Below, piece by piece: positions 1 to 12,155 of a stretch of 64,000 nt of DNA. This DNA is from Macrostomum lignano (lineage: Eukaryota): contig NIVC01002163.1 of the NCBI GenBank assembly GCA_002269645.1, forward strand, positions 133,560 through 197,559, written 5' to 3'. Below the pieces are notes generated by a model, which saw only the letters and a program-made list of their open reading frames with translations, made no database searches and was not told the origin of the DNA. The translations under genes were made by a program, and so were the position numbers. How positions within the stretch are numbered: the stretch's first letter is position 1; each line of letters begins with the position of its first letter.

Positions 1-354
1 GCCGACTCGCGCCTCATCTACCGCCTGATCGAGTACAACCTGCAGGTTGTCGGCGACGTAGAGGCAATGGTGGTCTCGGTGCTGCAGCCGGACCCGGAAC
101 GGGAGGATTTCCGGCTTCGAATCATCGTTACGGAGGACGACTATCCGGTGTTGGACTCGTTCTCGCACCTGGAGCGCAGCGGAGCCAGCTTCAATCTGGA
201 GGTGCTGGTGCTGCGACGCCTGGACTTCGCCAACACGATGGTGACTCGCCTGGCTGGGCCGGTCGTGCTGTCCAACAACCGCAACGACAGAGGCGCCGAA
301 GCGTTTAACCAGGACCTTACTGTGCAGGTATGGGACGGGGCAGAGTACAGCTAG
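1..354 (+). CDS. Partial coding exon, cadherin-repeat-like extracellular protein (5' truncated by window)
   Basis: Frame 1 is open from base 1 (ADSRLIYRLIEYNLQVVGDVEAM...) to TAG at 352-354, with GC-rich codon-like composition. VTEDDYPVLDSF and LVLRRLDFA loosely resemble cadherin DxNDNxP and LDYE motifs. Possible donor CAG|GTATGG near 327. Confidence 0.4.
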   Translation, partial: ADSRLIYRLIEYNLQVVGDVEAMVVSVLQPDPEREDFRLRIIVTEDDYPVLDSFSHLERSGASFNLEVLVLRRLDFANTMVTRLAGPVVLSNNRNDRGAEAFNQDLTVQVWDGAEYS

Positions 355-2054
355 CTCAGCTGCTATCGAGTGCGTCAGACTCAAGCTAGAAATACCCCGG
401 GGTTGCATTCGATTCGAACACGCAGAGTGGGGTGTACATATGCCTGACAATGCAAAAGTCATAAGCCGCTGTACATCCTGTGTGAGCGAGTGTGTTAAGC
501 GCCCAAAGCCAGACTAATTAACTACAAACTCCGTGCAGGTGTCCAAACTGATGGAGCAGCGGCACAATCGGGGCCTAGCGGAGACGCTGAGGGCGCTGAA
601 GGTCAACTCTGAGTGACGTTGGAGAGCGCTTTTCCTGCCTCTCATTGCAGACCCTTCTTGCACCTGCTCATGCAGCACTCCGTTTGTCCGACAATCCGTT
701 TGCATATTTCATCGCGTATGCCTATTTTTCGGACTTCTCGAACTGTAGGCACTGTGAAATTTATCGGCACAGTTACATTTTTAAACCAATTTTCATGTAG
801 CTTGAGCCCATACTAGCTAAAAACCATTAATCAGGGGAATATGGAGGGAAGATTCCTAAGCAAGGGATTAATTTGCTCACTAACCTAACTGTCAATAGAG
901 GCCCAGAGACCAAAAAATTTAATAAAATTTGCTCAATACACCGGAGGCTCGGTAGTGACCTGCAGTTCAAGAAGTCCGTTTTTTCGTTTTTCAAATTTTG
1001 AAGTCCAACTCCGCCCCAGTTTTTTTTAGTTGCGACGTCAAATTTGAAATAAATGGAGTTGTATTTACAAGTAGAAATTGTTTTTAGCTGAATTTTCACG
1101 TGAAGTTCAGAATACTATTTTTGGACCTTCGAGAACAGGTACCCGAAGCTGGGGCAAAAAAGATTTGCATCTTTCATCAATGAAAAGCAAATCTGTAAAA
1201 GATTTCGAGCTCAGCTGCAGGAAAATAAGATAATGGACCAAAATCGTCTGCATCGAAATTTTTCTATTAATTTGGTCCCAGCTGCCGCTGCGATTTTCGC
1301 AATTATCCGCAGAGAATCTGCACCAACTAAACATTTATCAAAGCCGATAATTGGGGAAAATTTTCCCAACTAGAGGTGTTTTGAGCTGCCGCTACTCAAG
1401 ATAATTGGCTGGTCATGAAGCCATCTGTGCTCAAAGAGAGCAGCAGCAGGTGCTCAGGTGGCTCTCGCCAAATTGCATTTTTGCTTCCTGCAGGTGCGTC
1501 ATCGCGGCAGAGGAATTGAAGCTTCACCTTTGCTCCGAATGCACGAGGCGGATCTGAGGTGGTTCAGCTTTGAAGCGTTTTGTACGGAAGTTCCGGGAGG
1601 ACAGAGAATTTCATTTTTTCCGACGTTGTTCCTGTCTCTTTAGTGCATCTTTATTCAGCGCTTGCTGCACTTCTGCCTGTCACTCTGTAATTGAACAGTT
1701 CCACAGTAAACATTAGCAAGTTGTCTGTCAAGAAAATTTGGTCTGAAAGCAGTTTTCAGAAAGCAAGTTGTTGAGCTGAAAAGTGCACATTGAATGCTGC
1801 TGCAAGACAGTTTAAAACCTGTAGGAATTCTCAACCAAACTTCGCTGCAATGGTCTTTTTGCGGTTTGGTGCGAAAACTTCAATCCAAAAATATTGCTGC
1901 AATTATCGCACAAAGGAAACACTGGCATGCCACGGAGTGGCGTGACGCAAGTAAGATTTTTTGACGTCAGGGTGTCTTCATGGATTTTATGGTTGGGGGG
2001 ACAAAGCCAAGAATTCTACATACATGTGCACTTTTTTGAGAATCGGTGTTGTTA

Positions 2055-2490
2055 ACGCTCATTTTGGCGTCGCAGGCACTCATTGTGGCGCTGTAGACAC
2101 TCATTTTGGCGCCGCAGGCACTCATTTTGGCGCTGCAGGCACTCATTTTGGCGTCGCAGGCACTCATTTTGGCGCCGCAAGCACTCATTTTGGCGCCGCA
2201 AGCACTCATTTTGGCGCCGCAAGCACTCGTTCTGGAGCCGCGGGCACTCATTTTGGCGCCGCAAGCACTCATTTTGGCGCTGCAGGCACTCATTTTGGTG
2301 CCGAAGACTCTAATTTGGCGCCGCAGGAACTCATTTTGGCGCCGCAAGCACTCATTTTGGCGCTGCAGGCACTTATTTTGGCGCCGCAAGCACTCATTTT
2401 GGCGCTGCAGGCACTTATTTTGGCGCCGCAAGCACTCATTTTGGCGCTGCAGGCACTCATTTTGGTGCCGAAGACTCACTTTGGTACCCT
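2055..2490. repeat. 21-bp minisatellite (GCACTCATTTTGGCGCCGCAG), about 20 copies
   Basis: Direct tandem units are visible and explain the heptad-repeat ORFs at 1961-2776 and on the opposite strand. Confidence 0.95.
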
Positions 2491-2620
2491 GAAGCAAAGT
2501 TATTTTTTTCCTCAACGGGTCACAAGATGGGATGGGGGACAAAGCATTGGCATGTCCCCCAAAGCATTTACGGGGGACATGTCCCCCCTCCGGTGGCGCG
2601 TGAAACGGTGCTCCTGCACA

Positions 2621-2730
2621 CACTTCAATCGTGACACACCTTGGCCGGCCAGGCTGCCGGATTTGAATCCAGTTGACTTTTTTCTGTGGGAGTTCATTCG
2701 TGACCGCGTCTTTGCGCAAGGAGACTTTTT
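2621..2730 (+). mobile_element. Tc1/mariner-superfamily transposase remnant (third catalytic-residue region)
   Basis: Translation WPARLPDLNPVDFFLWEFIRDRVF matches the WPARSPDLNPxDFFLW motif of Tc1/mariner transposases. A TA-CAGGGTG terminus-like sequence lies near 2895-2905. Confidence 0.7.
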
Positions 2731-4083
2731 TGGATTTACTTTGGCTGACCGCTGCTATTGTTGCGCTAGCATTTGACTAGATCTGGCGGCACCGCGGGTG
2801 GATGCTGTCCGCAATGCAGCTGCCGAATCCCTACATCCTGCTTTGGGACAAAAGTTTCGAGAAAGAAAACTTGCTGATGTTTACTGAGGAGCTGCTAAAT
2901 TACAGGGTGACAGGCAGAAGTGATAGCTAGCATGCGGTAAGCTAATTTGTGTTGCCCTTTTTTGAATCATCCATTAATTCGAGTGTTTTAGCTCTCAAAT
3001 AATGCCTTTTCAAACCTTTTCTCGACAGTTTCGCGAATGCATCTGGGGCAATGCCGCGGTTACATGCAATATTGCTTTATTTGGCATTCGGATGTCCAGA
3101 CGGTGAGGTTATTGCGAATCTAAGGCAGAAAAACTGAACACTTTCTATCTCCAGTGTACATGAATGATATTTTTGATACACCTCCTGGACAAGGATGCAG
3201 CTTATTTTCTTTAGATTCGGATTTTCCTAAGAGCTAAGAGCCATACAATGTGTAGGATGATAATAAAATCGTGACTTAATGTTTCCGTTAGCATGGAAAG
3301 CTCAGCAGAGGTTAAGTGCACACACGCTGACTTCCCTACAATAATTGCACCCCAACGACTGTGGCTGTGCATCATCACTAAAAATAAACAGCATTGCTCG
3401 AATCATTGACGCCTCAACGACTCAGCTTGGATGGTATGTCCCGTTCCCAATCTCAGATACACATGTACATGCAGTATGCGGGCCTCTGCACTGCATGGGA
3501 CGGATCCCTTTGGTAAGGAGGTCCTTAGTTGCTAGGCAAACGATTTTTCTAACCTTGTCTGCAATACACATACGGCTGAACATATTTAACAAAATTTGTA
3601 ATTTAAAAAATCGACCATAAAGAAGCAAACCGGAATTACGTTTTTAAATGCCTTGAATAAGACCACAGACTATATTTTAGTATATTTCGTGAATATTGTG
3701 CTGATGAAAAAAACAAAAAAGCATCTGCATGGGGGATTTAAAAAATTAGGACCAAAAACACGCAGCCCGGAATGGCGCCAAATGGATTGCTTGACAACAA
3801 AAAGTTCGTAATAAATTTGTCCGCAGTTTTGAAACAGTATGCTTGTAATTAATTTTCCTGGGGGAAAGGCCCATACTTTTTTAACTTTATATTTGTTAAT
3901 TAACTGAATACATTAGTACATTCTTGCAGCTTTCTAATCTGTTTAGTCGTAAATATGTTTGATTTAATCAAAACAATTATCTAGTAGCGCGAGCCGCAAC
4001 AGCAAAGTCAAGACGACAGAAAAAGTTTTGTTTGTCGATTGATACGGCTCAAGATCGAAGTTGTAACAGATTCCGGCTACGAA

Positions 4084-4586
4084 TCAGTAATTGCCCTTGC
4101 CCTTCGAGGCTGAGTGGCCGCGAGAATTGCGATTTCTATTGCGGGCCTGAAGGGAACTCATGTAGTCGGCTAGATAGTTAAAGAGCGGTAGATAGGAGCG
4201 CTTTGTAGCCAGAAGCTTTAGTTCGTCCGGAGAAGAGACGGCAGCTGAAATGTATTAGAAAAAAGTTCATTTAATTTGCAAGTAGAGCAGCGGCAACCGG
4301 CAACAGCAAAGTTTGAATTAAAAAAAATTTAATTAGCTATAATATATTGTACAGCGCGCACTACATTAAATGATATCTATATACACTGCATGAACAGGAA
4401 TTGATGGCAGACACAATTAAATTTACCCAGTCGCGACAGAACTAAGCTACCTTGATGATCAGATGGGCTAATAGCAGAAAAACGGTCACCAAGAGTCCCT
4501 GGAACAGCCATGGACAGAATTGGAAGAGTAGCGAAAGTTGAAAGTAGGAAAATTGCAGCAATGTTGGAAATTTTTTCGCTCCACAT
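4084..4586 (-). CDS. Small secreted peptide precursor, neuropeptide-like, 98 aa, two exons (4586-4451; 4244-4084)
   Basis: ATG at 4586-4584 followed by a hydrophobic signal-like segment (IAAIFLLSTFATLPILSMA). Donor CAAG|GTAGCT at 4450; acceptor CTTTTTCTAATACATTTCAG| at 4245. Phase-1 join gives an open frame: ...SDHQ-A-AVSSPDELKLLATKR-SYLPLFNYLADYMSSLQARNRNRNSRGHSASKGKGNY*. Confidence 0.6.
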
Positions 4587-6390
4587 GTTAGTTGCAAGTT
4601 TAGACGTGCCACAAAAACTATATATATATATAAAGGATTAGTTTTCAAAGCTGACTGAAAACGTTGGCTATCTAGCTAAAATTCGATTGATCGCGCTCGT
4701 CTTTTTATAGTTTTCTTTAACGGTTGTATAGCTAATTTTAATCTTTATAACAAAGTTAACGAAAAAAGTTTTAATTTATTAATTAAAAACCACTATAGAA
4801 CTGCTGTACTATAGCTTTTTATGTTCTTCAGTTTCAACTTCGTTGTGTCACAGTTATTTACTTAATTTAAATTTTATATTCTTTTTAGCACGTTTGAACT
4901 CACGCTTTGGTTGTTCATTTATCGTCAGGCCAAATTCATATAAATTGCATGCAAGCAAGGATAAATCTGCCTCCTATCAAAAGTAATAGCAATTTTTGTG
5001 CTGAAAAAATGAAAATTTCCTATCTCCGTAGTGTATTTTTTCGGGAAAAAGTGCCTTCAAAAATTTTCTAAGAAACGAGGTTTCCCGTCCTTCTACTTAA
5101 GTCGTCCTTGGGATAAATATTAATAACCGGTTCAATTAGGTATACTCTTTAGGCGCAAGCGCAGCACCAGATCCTGTTATTTTTGAAAACGGGACCGCAA
5201 TACTAACTTGCAGAATTGCAGTCCTTTTGATGCCACCAAAATTTTAATAGGGTGCCTGGTGCTATCCTAGGCTAGGGGCCTACCCATTAAGCCACCAAGT
5301 TGCAACTTGCAGGGCTATCTTCTAATATACGAGTATCTTGATCATATAATATAAATCATATAAAGCTAGTAGAGTGTATGCACTATTGGCCTGAGTGGTC
5401 TGGTTTATAACATTGTATTTTATCCTATGCTATATGTTATATATCATGGCTCTTTCTTATTGAGGTTTTCTGTTAGGCCTAGTCTAGGCATTAATAAGAT
5501 CAGAAAGTCATAGCTTATACTCTAGTAGATTCTACCCTATGGCAAGTTCTCAGATCCTAGGTTTATATATTTTACCCTTTAGTAAATATTTTGCCTTCTA
5601 GGCCTAATGTGATTTCCTAGATTTTATTTATACTAGGCCTAGTCTAGGTCACGTGAATAACTATGCCGCATGTTATTCTGCACGTAATTCCGCATGTTAT
5701 TCCATATGTTATTCCGCATGTTTTTCTGTACGTTATTCCGCACATTATTCCGCACATTATTCAGCAAATTATTCTGCACTTTTTTCACATGTTATTAGGC
5801 ATTTTTCCACGATGTTCTGTATAAAATTTACAAGTAATTTTTCCATTTGATACATTTTAAATGTAAAGCAAAAGCCTAATGTACATGAGCTTGTCGTTAT
5901 ATATTTTCCTAAATTATGCAGTACATGTACATGGCATTCTTAAAATTATAATTGACTGCAACAGAGTACTGTAGTTGCAGAGTTGTAAGTTGAGTTACAG
6001 AGTTGCATGCACAGAGCTGGCGTCGCTGAGAGGTAGAGAAAAGAAGATAAAAGTGACTACTTATCAACATATATCAAATTAATGAAAGAATCATATCATA
6101 CATGTACAAGGTCACTATAGGATGCAAAATAAAGTGTTCTTTGATACTGAAAGAAGTTTACACTTTAATAAATATTATAAGCTAACACCAAATAAAAAAC
6201 TAATGTGTAGTAAGTAAACCATATTACTGTATTTAGCTAATTTAGCTTTTTTTACAATTATATTTTATGCAGATTGTCATACTTATTAAAAACTATCTAT
6301 ATCCTCACGTTTTTGATGTGGAAATTATGTATGGAACGCGTAAGTTAGACTAGGGGCCTTTTCATATTACCAATTCCAGAACCAGAATCA

Positions 6391-7249
6391 AGCTTAAGAT
6401 CAACATTTATGGCGAAAACCAATGCATTTCAACCCACTAGGGCCGTCCTCAGGGTATATTTTATCACTGAACGAAACACTCAATATAAATAAGCAAACAA
6501 TTGTACTATCTCAAGTGTCAAATTGAAAACGGGAGGGTAACCAATGTACGAAAAACATAAAAAACTAGGGGTTGGAGTTAAGCGAAATAATGGGAGAGAG
6601 AGAGAGAGAAGGCAAACAGATGTAAAAAAAACAAAATGTACACGCAACAAAAAATAATCAAACTCAAAACACCCTAAGAAGGTAGCCCGCAATACTATGT
6701 AGCAACTGCACATTGAGACTGGGATTTTGAGCTTTGATGTGCAGCGCTTCAAGAATGCTAAGCTTGAATTCAGAGTTAGCACAGTCAATAATTTTAAACA
6801 ATTCAATCTGTTCTCTGTCACAGCAGCCCTTGCATTCCAGAAGGTGGTCCTGGATAGCAGATTTTTTCAGCCAATGCTCCCTAACTCTGGTGTGCAGGTG
6901 TCTTTTGGTTTTTCCCACATAAGAGATATTCTGATCTTCAGAACAACAAAATTTATAGACGACACCTGCAACTAGAGCACGAGGAACATGGGACTTGAGA
7001 TTGCTGACAAGTTTTGTTGCTGAGATTGCAACAAATCTCAATCTCAACAAGTTGCTGAGATTGCTGCTGAGATTGTCAGCAATCTCAAGTCCCGTGTTCC
7101 TCGTGCTCTAGTTGCAGGTGTCGTCTATAAATTTTGTTGTTCTGAAGATCAGAATATCTCTTATGTGGGAAAAAACCAAAAGACACCTGCCATAAATGTT
7201 GATCTTAAGCTTTATTTATTTGCTATTAATTAAGCGAGCAACTCTACCA
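6391..7249 (-). mobile_element. 5'-truncated Penelope-like retroelement fragment (GIY-YIG endonuclease C-terminus plus 3' region) with inverted partial copy
   Basis: ORF 7050-6664: GVVYKFCCSEDQNISYVGKTKRHLHTRVREH...LSILEALHIKAQNPSLNVQ is a typical PLE GIY-YIG domain. Inverted copy at 7073-7190. Flanked by the direct repeat CAGAACCAGAATCA at 6377-6390 and 7250-7263. Confidence 0.85.
6415..6461 (-). ncRNA. Candidate minimal type-I hammerhead ribozyme of the Penelope-like element
   Basis: Minus strand reads AAAATATACC-CTGAGGA-C-GGCCC-TAGT-GGGTT-GAAA-TGCA-TT-GGTTTT: CUGANGA core, stem II, GAAA, palindromic AUGCAU helix III, AUU cleavage triplet and ACC/GGU stem I. It lies ~200 nt downstream of the GIY-YIG stop. 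Confidence 0.65.
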
Positions 7250-7485
7250 CAGAACCAGAATCAGTTCGGAATTACAAGAAAAACAGCAATAACTATTAAA
7301 CTCTGTTAATATTTGACTGCCTATACAACCTCACTTAGCACAATTTTTCACTTTCTTCTTGGCAATTGTCATTTAATAATAAAAACTTTATAGCACGTAT
7401 CTCCCTCTAGTTATGGAGACTAAAAGTTATACTTCACAAATTGGTTCTGGTTCTAGAACCAGAACAAGCAATATGAAAAGGCCCT

Positions 7486-8228
7486 TGGTGGGAAATATGT
7501 TAAAAAAGAAGATGTGCGGACTATTGTGTGGAATAAAAATTGGGAATAGCGTGCGGAATAATATTCGGAATAATGTGCGGAATAATGTGTGGAATAAAAT
7601 GCGGAATAACATGCGGAATAAAATTCGAAATAGCGTGCGGAATAATATTCAGAATAATGTGCGGAATAGCGTGCAGAATAACGTGTGGAAAAACGTGTGG
7701 AATAATGTGTGGAATATTGTGCGGAACAACATGTGGACCATGTGGAATAACTAGCGGAACGTGCGGAATAACATGCATAATAACTTGTGGTGTATGTTAC
7801 ACTCATGTCTAGGTCATTATATAGGGCCTATACTAGTCTAGATATTATACTAGTCTAGATCATTATATATACTAGTCTAGATTTTTTACTAGTCTAGATC
7901 TAAAAAAAATTTGGGCATGCATTGGCTTTGCACTAGGGGTCCCAAATCCTAGACATTTTAATGAGTGTAACTATAACATACACTACACAGTCGATAGTAT
8001 GCATGTTATTCTGCACATTATTCTGCATGTTCCGCTAGTTATTCCAAATGTTCCGCATGTTGTTCCGCACAGTATTCCACACGTTATTCCACAAATTCTT
8101 CTGCACGCGTTATTCTGCACATTATTCCGCACATCCGCACATTATTCCGCATGCTATTCCAAATTTTATTCCGTACTATATTCCGCACATTAGTCTGCAC
8201 ATCTGCTTTTTTAACCTATTTCCTACCA
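7486..8228. repeat. Internal palindrome (arms ~7486-7812 and ~7948-8228) built from the same 12-bp module, nested in the right foldback arm
   Basis: TGGTGGGAAATATGTTAAAAAAGAAGATGTGCGGAC... at 7486 is the reverse complement of ...GTCTGCACATCTGCTTTTTTAACCTATTTCCTACCA ending at 8228. Inner ends GAGTGTAAC/GTTACACTC also mirror. Confidence 0.85.
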
Positions 8229-9574
8229 TTAAGCTAGCACTAGTCTAACTTACGCATCCAATACATGATTTCCACATAAAAAACGTGAAGATATAGATAG
8301 TTTTAATAAGTACGACAATCTGCATAAAATACAATTGTAAAAATAATGCCTCATAGCTAAATGCTTTTAGAGCATAATTAAAGCAGTAATATGGTTTACT
8401 TACTACATATTAGTTTTTTATTTGGTGTTAGGACTTATAATATTTATTAAAGTGTAAACTTCTTTCAGTATCAAAGAACACTTTATTTTGCATCTTGTAG
8501 TGACCTTGTACATGTATGATGTGATTCTTTTATTAATTAATATATGTTGATAAGTAGTCATTCTTCTCTTTCTCTAACCTCTCCATAACCCCGTCTCTGT
8601 GCATACAACTCAACTTACAACTCTGCAACTACAATATTACTCTGTTGCAGTCAATTATAATTTTACAAATGACATATACTTGTAATCCAGGAAAATATAA
8701 CAACAAGCTCATGTACATGTAGGCTTTTGCTTTACATTTAAAATGTATAAAAATGGAAAAATTGCTTGTAAATTTTATATAGAACATTGTGGAAAAAATG
8801 CCTGATAACATGCAAATAACATGCGGAATAACATGCAGAATAATGTGCAAAATAATGTATAGAAAAATGTGCAGAATAACGTATGGAATAACATGCAGAA
8901 TAATGTGTGGAATAACGTGTAGAATAGCATACGGCATAAGTTATTCACCTGACATTTTACAATCCCAGGATCCCAGACTAAAAATTGACCCAATCCTGGG
9001 ATTGAACAAACAAGTTTATAAGAAGCTTTCTATTATCCACAAAACAAATTTCTCAACCAATTTGAGCATCATTTGAGTTTCCAATTTCTTTTTCTAGCAT
9101 ATACTACATTGATAAAATAGTTAAAGGTATTTCATTTATCCTTGATCACTTATTCCTTGTAAAATTGTCACATTCTTTCTATGAATACAATATATTTTGA
9201 TCACAAATCATGCAATGCAATGCAACACAAATACTAGCAGCAGTTATAGAAATTTGCAATAGCACTGTTTCTGTGACATGGAAATTGGCAACTCTGACAG
9301 GTGATAGTAATCCCTATTGCAGCAAGTCTAAAAATGTATAGATGCCCTGCCAGGCATGCAGCCATGCAAGCTAAATTTTATTAAAGATGCACAGCTGCAT
9401 ATTGTATAGAAAAAAAGATTTTTCACATTTTTGCCCCCTGCATGTAAATAAAGAAATTTCAAATCAATTTTTATTGAGAGTTTATATTCACTTAAATTGA
9501 ACATTCCAAGTCTCGCTTTTCAGCTGCTGCTGGGCCTCTTGCTTCCTTTGTCAATTGCTGCCTTTAATTTTGTC

Positions 9575-9740
9575 AAAACCTGCTAGCTGAAGTTTGCTAG
9601 CCAAAACCTACTAGCTGAAGTTTGCTAGCCAAAACCTGGTAGCTGAAGTTTGCTAGCCAAAACATGCTAGCTGAAGTTTGCTAGCCAAAACATGCTAGCT
9701 GAAGTTGGCTAGCCAAAACCTGCTAGCTAAAGTTTATAAC
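9575..9740. repeat. 28-bp tandem repeat (AAAACCTGCTAGCTGAAGTTTGCTAGCC), ~6 copies
   Basis: Direct tandem units visible. Confidence 0.95.
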
Positions 9741-11464
9741 TAAAAAGCACTAGCATCAGTTTAAGTGCTTGGAATTAAAGTTAATTTGTCATTGTGGGTA
9801 CAGAATACTCTCAAGTCTCAATCAGATAGTAGGACAATAGTTTAAATTTCTTACTTAAACTTATTAAACTGTCATGGGCCTGGCTAAATGAATAGTACTC
9901 TAGCCTCTCCACGGGGGTGCAGAGAAAGCTATAAAAAGTTATTCCAAAACTACATTTGCTATAATGTATATTAAGCCCTATCGCCTGACCCTTTGTCTGG
10001 AGGAATGAGCTGGATAAAAGGCACAAACATCAGAAAAAGCAGGCAAACTTCACATGTTAAGAGACTATAGATTCTGTCCTGATTGAGTTACAATTACAAA
10101 GTTGAAACTTTATATTTAGACAAAAGACTGAGTCAATGAAGATGTGTTTTAAGTTTGAAGTCAATTGCTTTATGCAGATCAAACTTATGGCAGCAAAAGT
10201 TAATCAATTTTAAAACCCCTTTTACACACCTGGTCAGATAAGGGAAGGAGAGAGGCAGAGGTTAGAGTGCTTAATTTGTCTCTTTGACAAAAGTCAGACT
10301 AAATTTTAAGCAAAAAATGCTATCCTGGGGTTGATAAAAAAGGCTTGTTTCACACTCATTGCATTTGAGGTCAGCTTTATAACCTCCCTTTCTTTGATCA
10401 ATTGTCTATCAGACTGTTTGTTAAAAGATAAAATTCAATCAACACCACAAATTGTATGCCTGCCACGCATAAGGTCATAAAACTTGTAGGCTTTATTGTG
10501 AATATACATTTTTTTACACTGTACATTGGCCAAGGAAAGGCCTAAATGGTTGAACAATTAAATCATAAAATGGAGTGCCCATTGAAAGCCTTAAAAACAT
10601 GAAACATCGTATTTTAACATTTGAGCCACTTAAAATAAAGTTTCTAATTTAATTGAGTGGGCAATTTGGGAATCCATACTGTATCCATAGGCCATAGCAA
10701 AGAAATTTGTCCACAGACCCATAGAGTTTTCATTTTTATAGTTAGAAAAATATGCAGTTTCCCCATATAAGTTTCAACGCTGACTTGCCAGTATTGTAGG
10801 AGTTTACTTACAACATACATACATATGCACAAATAATATGTCAGTTTTAGTACATTCATATTAAGTGATATTGAGAGATTTGTATCACTGCTAATCAACA
10901 CAACAAAAGGATATTCAATAAAGCAATTAAGCGCAAATCTAATAGTCCTGATATAAGAACACTATGTTTCTCACCAAATTGGACAAGTAAAATTGTCTCT
11001 AGTAAATTACAACTTTGTGAGTTGGCCTAGAAAACTTTGGCTAGCAAACTGCAGCTCTATCTGCTCTAATGCAGCTCTATCTTGTATCTATCATGCGCCT
11101 ACACTGAAGTGGCATGGCACAGATCTTTTTTGTGCATGTATCATCATCATGTGCTACAACTGTGCAGCGCATGCAGGTCTATTTCATACATGTATTATGC
11201 ATTACCACTGCAGTGCGCAAAGCTCCATTTTGTATCACAGACAACACTTGTGATGCCCATACAATCTATAGGTGTGCATGCAAGTGCGCCAATAGATTTT
11301 CAAATTTTCACATGGATGCCATCTGTGCATACCCCTATTCGCTGCAATAGAGATAGTAATAAGTGATAGCTTAATTTAAAAAATTCTAAGCAAACACAAA
11401 TTGGGGTTGTTGCTTATACTATATGGCATTGGCACTATAGCAATCAGTAATGCTCTATTTTTTG

Positions 11465-11718
11465 TAGTTAGCAAAGTAGGCTCTTAGCAGGGCAAAATTG
11501 GAGAATATCATGTCACTTGGCTTGGACCTCACTTTTGTTAGGAGGATGCCTACAGTAGAAAAGGCGCATTCAGCTTCAACACTAATTGCTGGAATGGCCA
11601 TCAATGATTGGTACAGCAGCTGTAGCATCTCCTCTTGTTGCCCTATAGCCTGCAGGAATTCTAGCTCATGTCCAACCCTTGCCTCAATAGAATTTTCCCT
11701 CTTCTTGCTCTTAATCTG
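11465..11718 (-). mobile_element. hAT transposase C-terminal dimerisation-domain remnant
   Basis: Minus-strand translation LLYQSLMAIPAISVEAECAFSTVGILLTKVRSKPSD...LRAYF matches the hAT motif L.IP.TSV..ER.FS..G...TK.RS.L.D. No upstream transposase ORF is retained. Confidence 0.75.
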
Positions 11719-12155
11719 AGTGCCAGCCTGGGTCTATGAAATTTGCTTGTAAGAAGTTTGCTTGCAGAATTTGCATAGCCAGATTGTCTATGCAAATGGG
11801 CCTGGTTTTGAGCAATTGTAACTTTTTATTATATTATATTATAGTTATGCAAGAGTAATAACTAATATCTCATATCTTGGCAAATTTAGATTTTCCTATC
11901 TATCAAAACATATAGCAATTAAAGGGGTCCAAATGCAGATAAATAAAATATATTAATGTAACTTCTATGACATTAATAACTTTTAGAGACAGTCTTTATA
12001 AAATGCAACATAGTTTAGTTTAGCCTAATTTTATCGAAATTGAGGACCAACTATCTTGCACATTAAACAAAATGACCAAGGTAAAATATGTTGGACAATG
12101 TCTGTAAACCTCTTCTATTAACTGTAATTTTTGCAGCCAACTACCAGCAGCTGCA

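Larger units (their letters stand above)
5648..8953. mobile_element. Foldback-like inverted-repeat element (arms ~5648-6390 and ~7440-8953) with 12-bp modular arrays (TGTTATTCCGCA)
   Basis: 5648-6355 is the reverse complement of ~8240-8953 over ~700 bp with scattered mismatches. The junction motif GGCCTTTTCATATT (~6356-6369) is mirrored at ~7470-7483. No coding capacity in the arms. Confidence 0.8.

Noticed and set aside
5653-9076. Short ORFs rich in YSA/IIPH/CGI repeats
   Set aside because: Translations of the 12-bp foldback modules.
10420-10480. Minus-strand LCVAGIQFVVLIEFY, resembling the hAT CxAHxxQL motif
   Set aside because: Lacks the His, is short, and lies on the wrong side of the 11.5-kb dimerisation-domain fragment to be the same copy; too weak to call.
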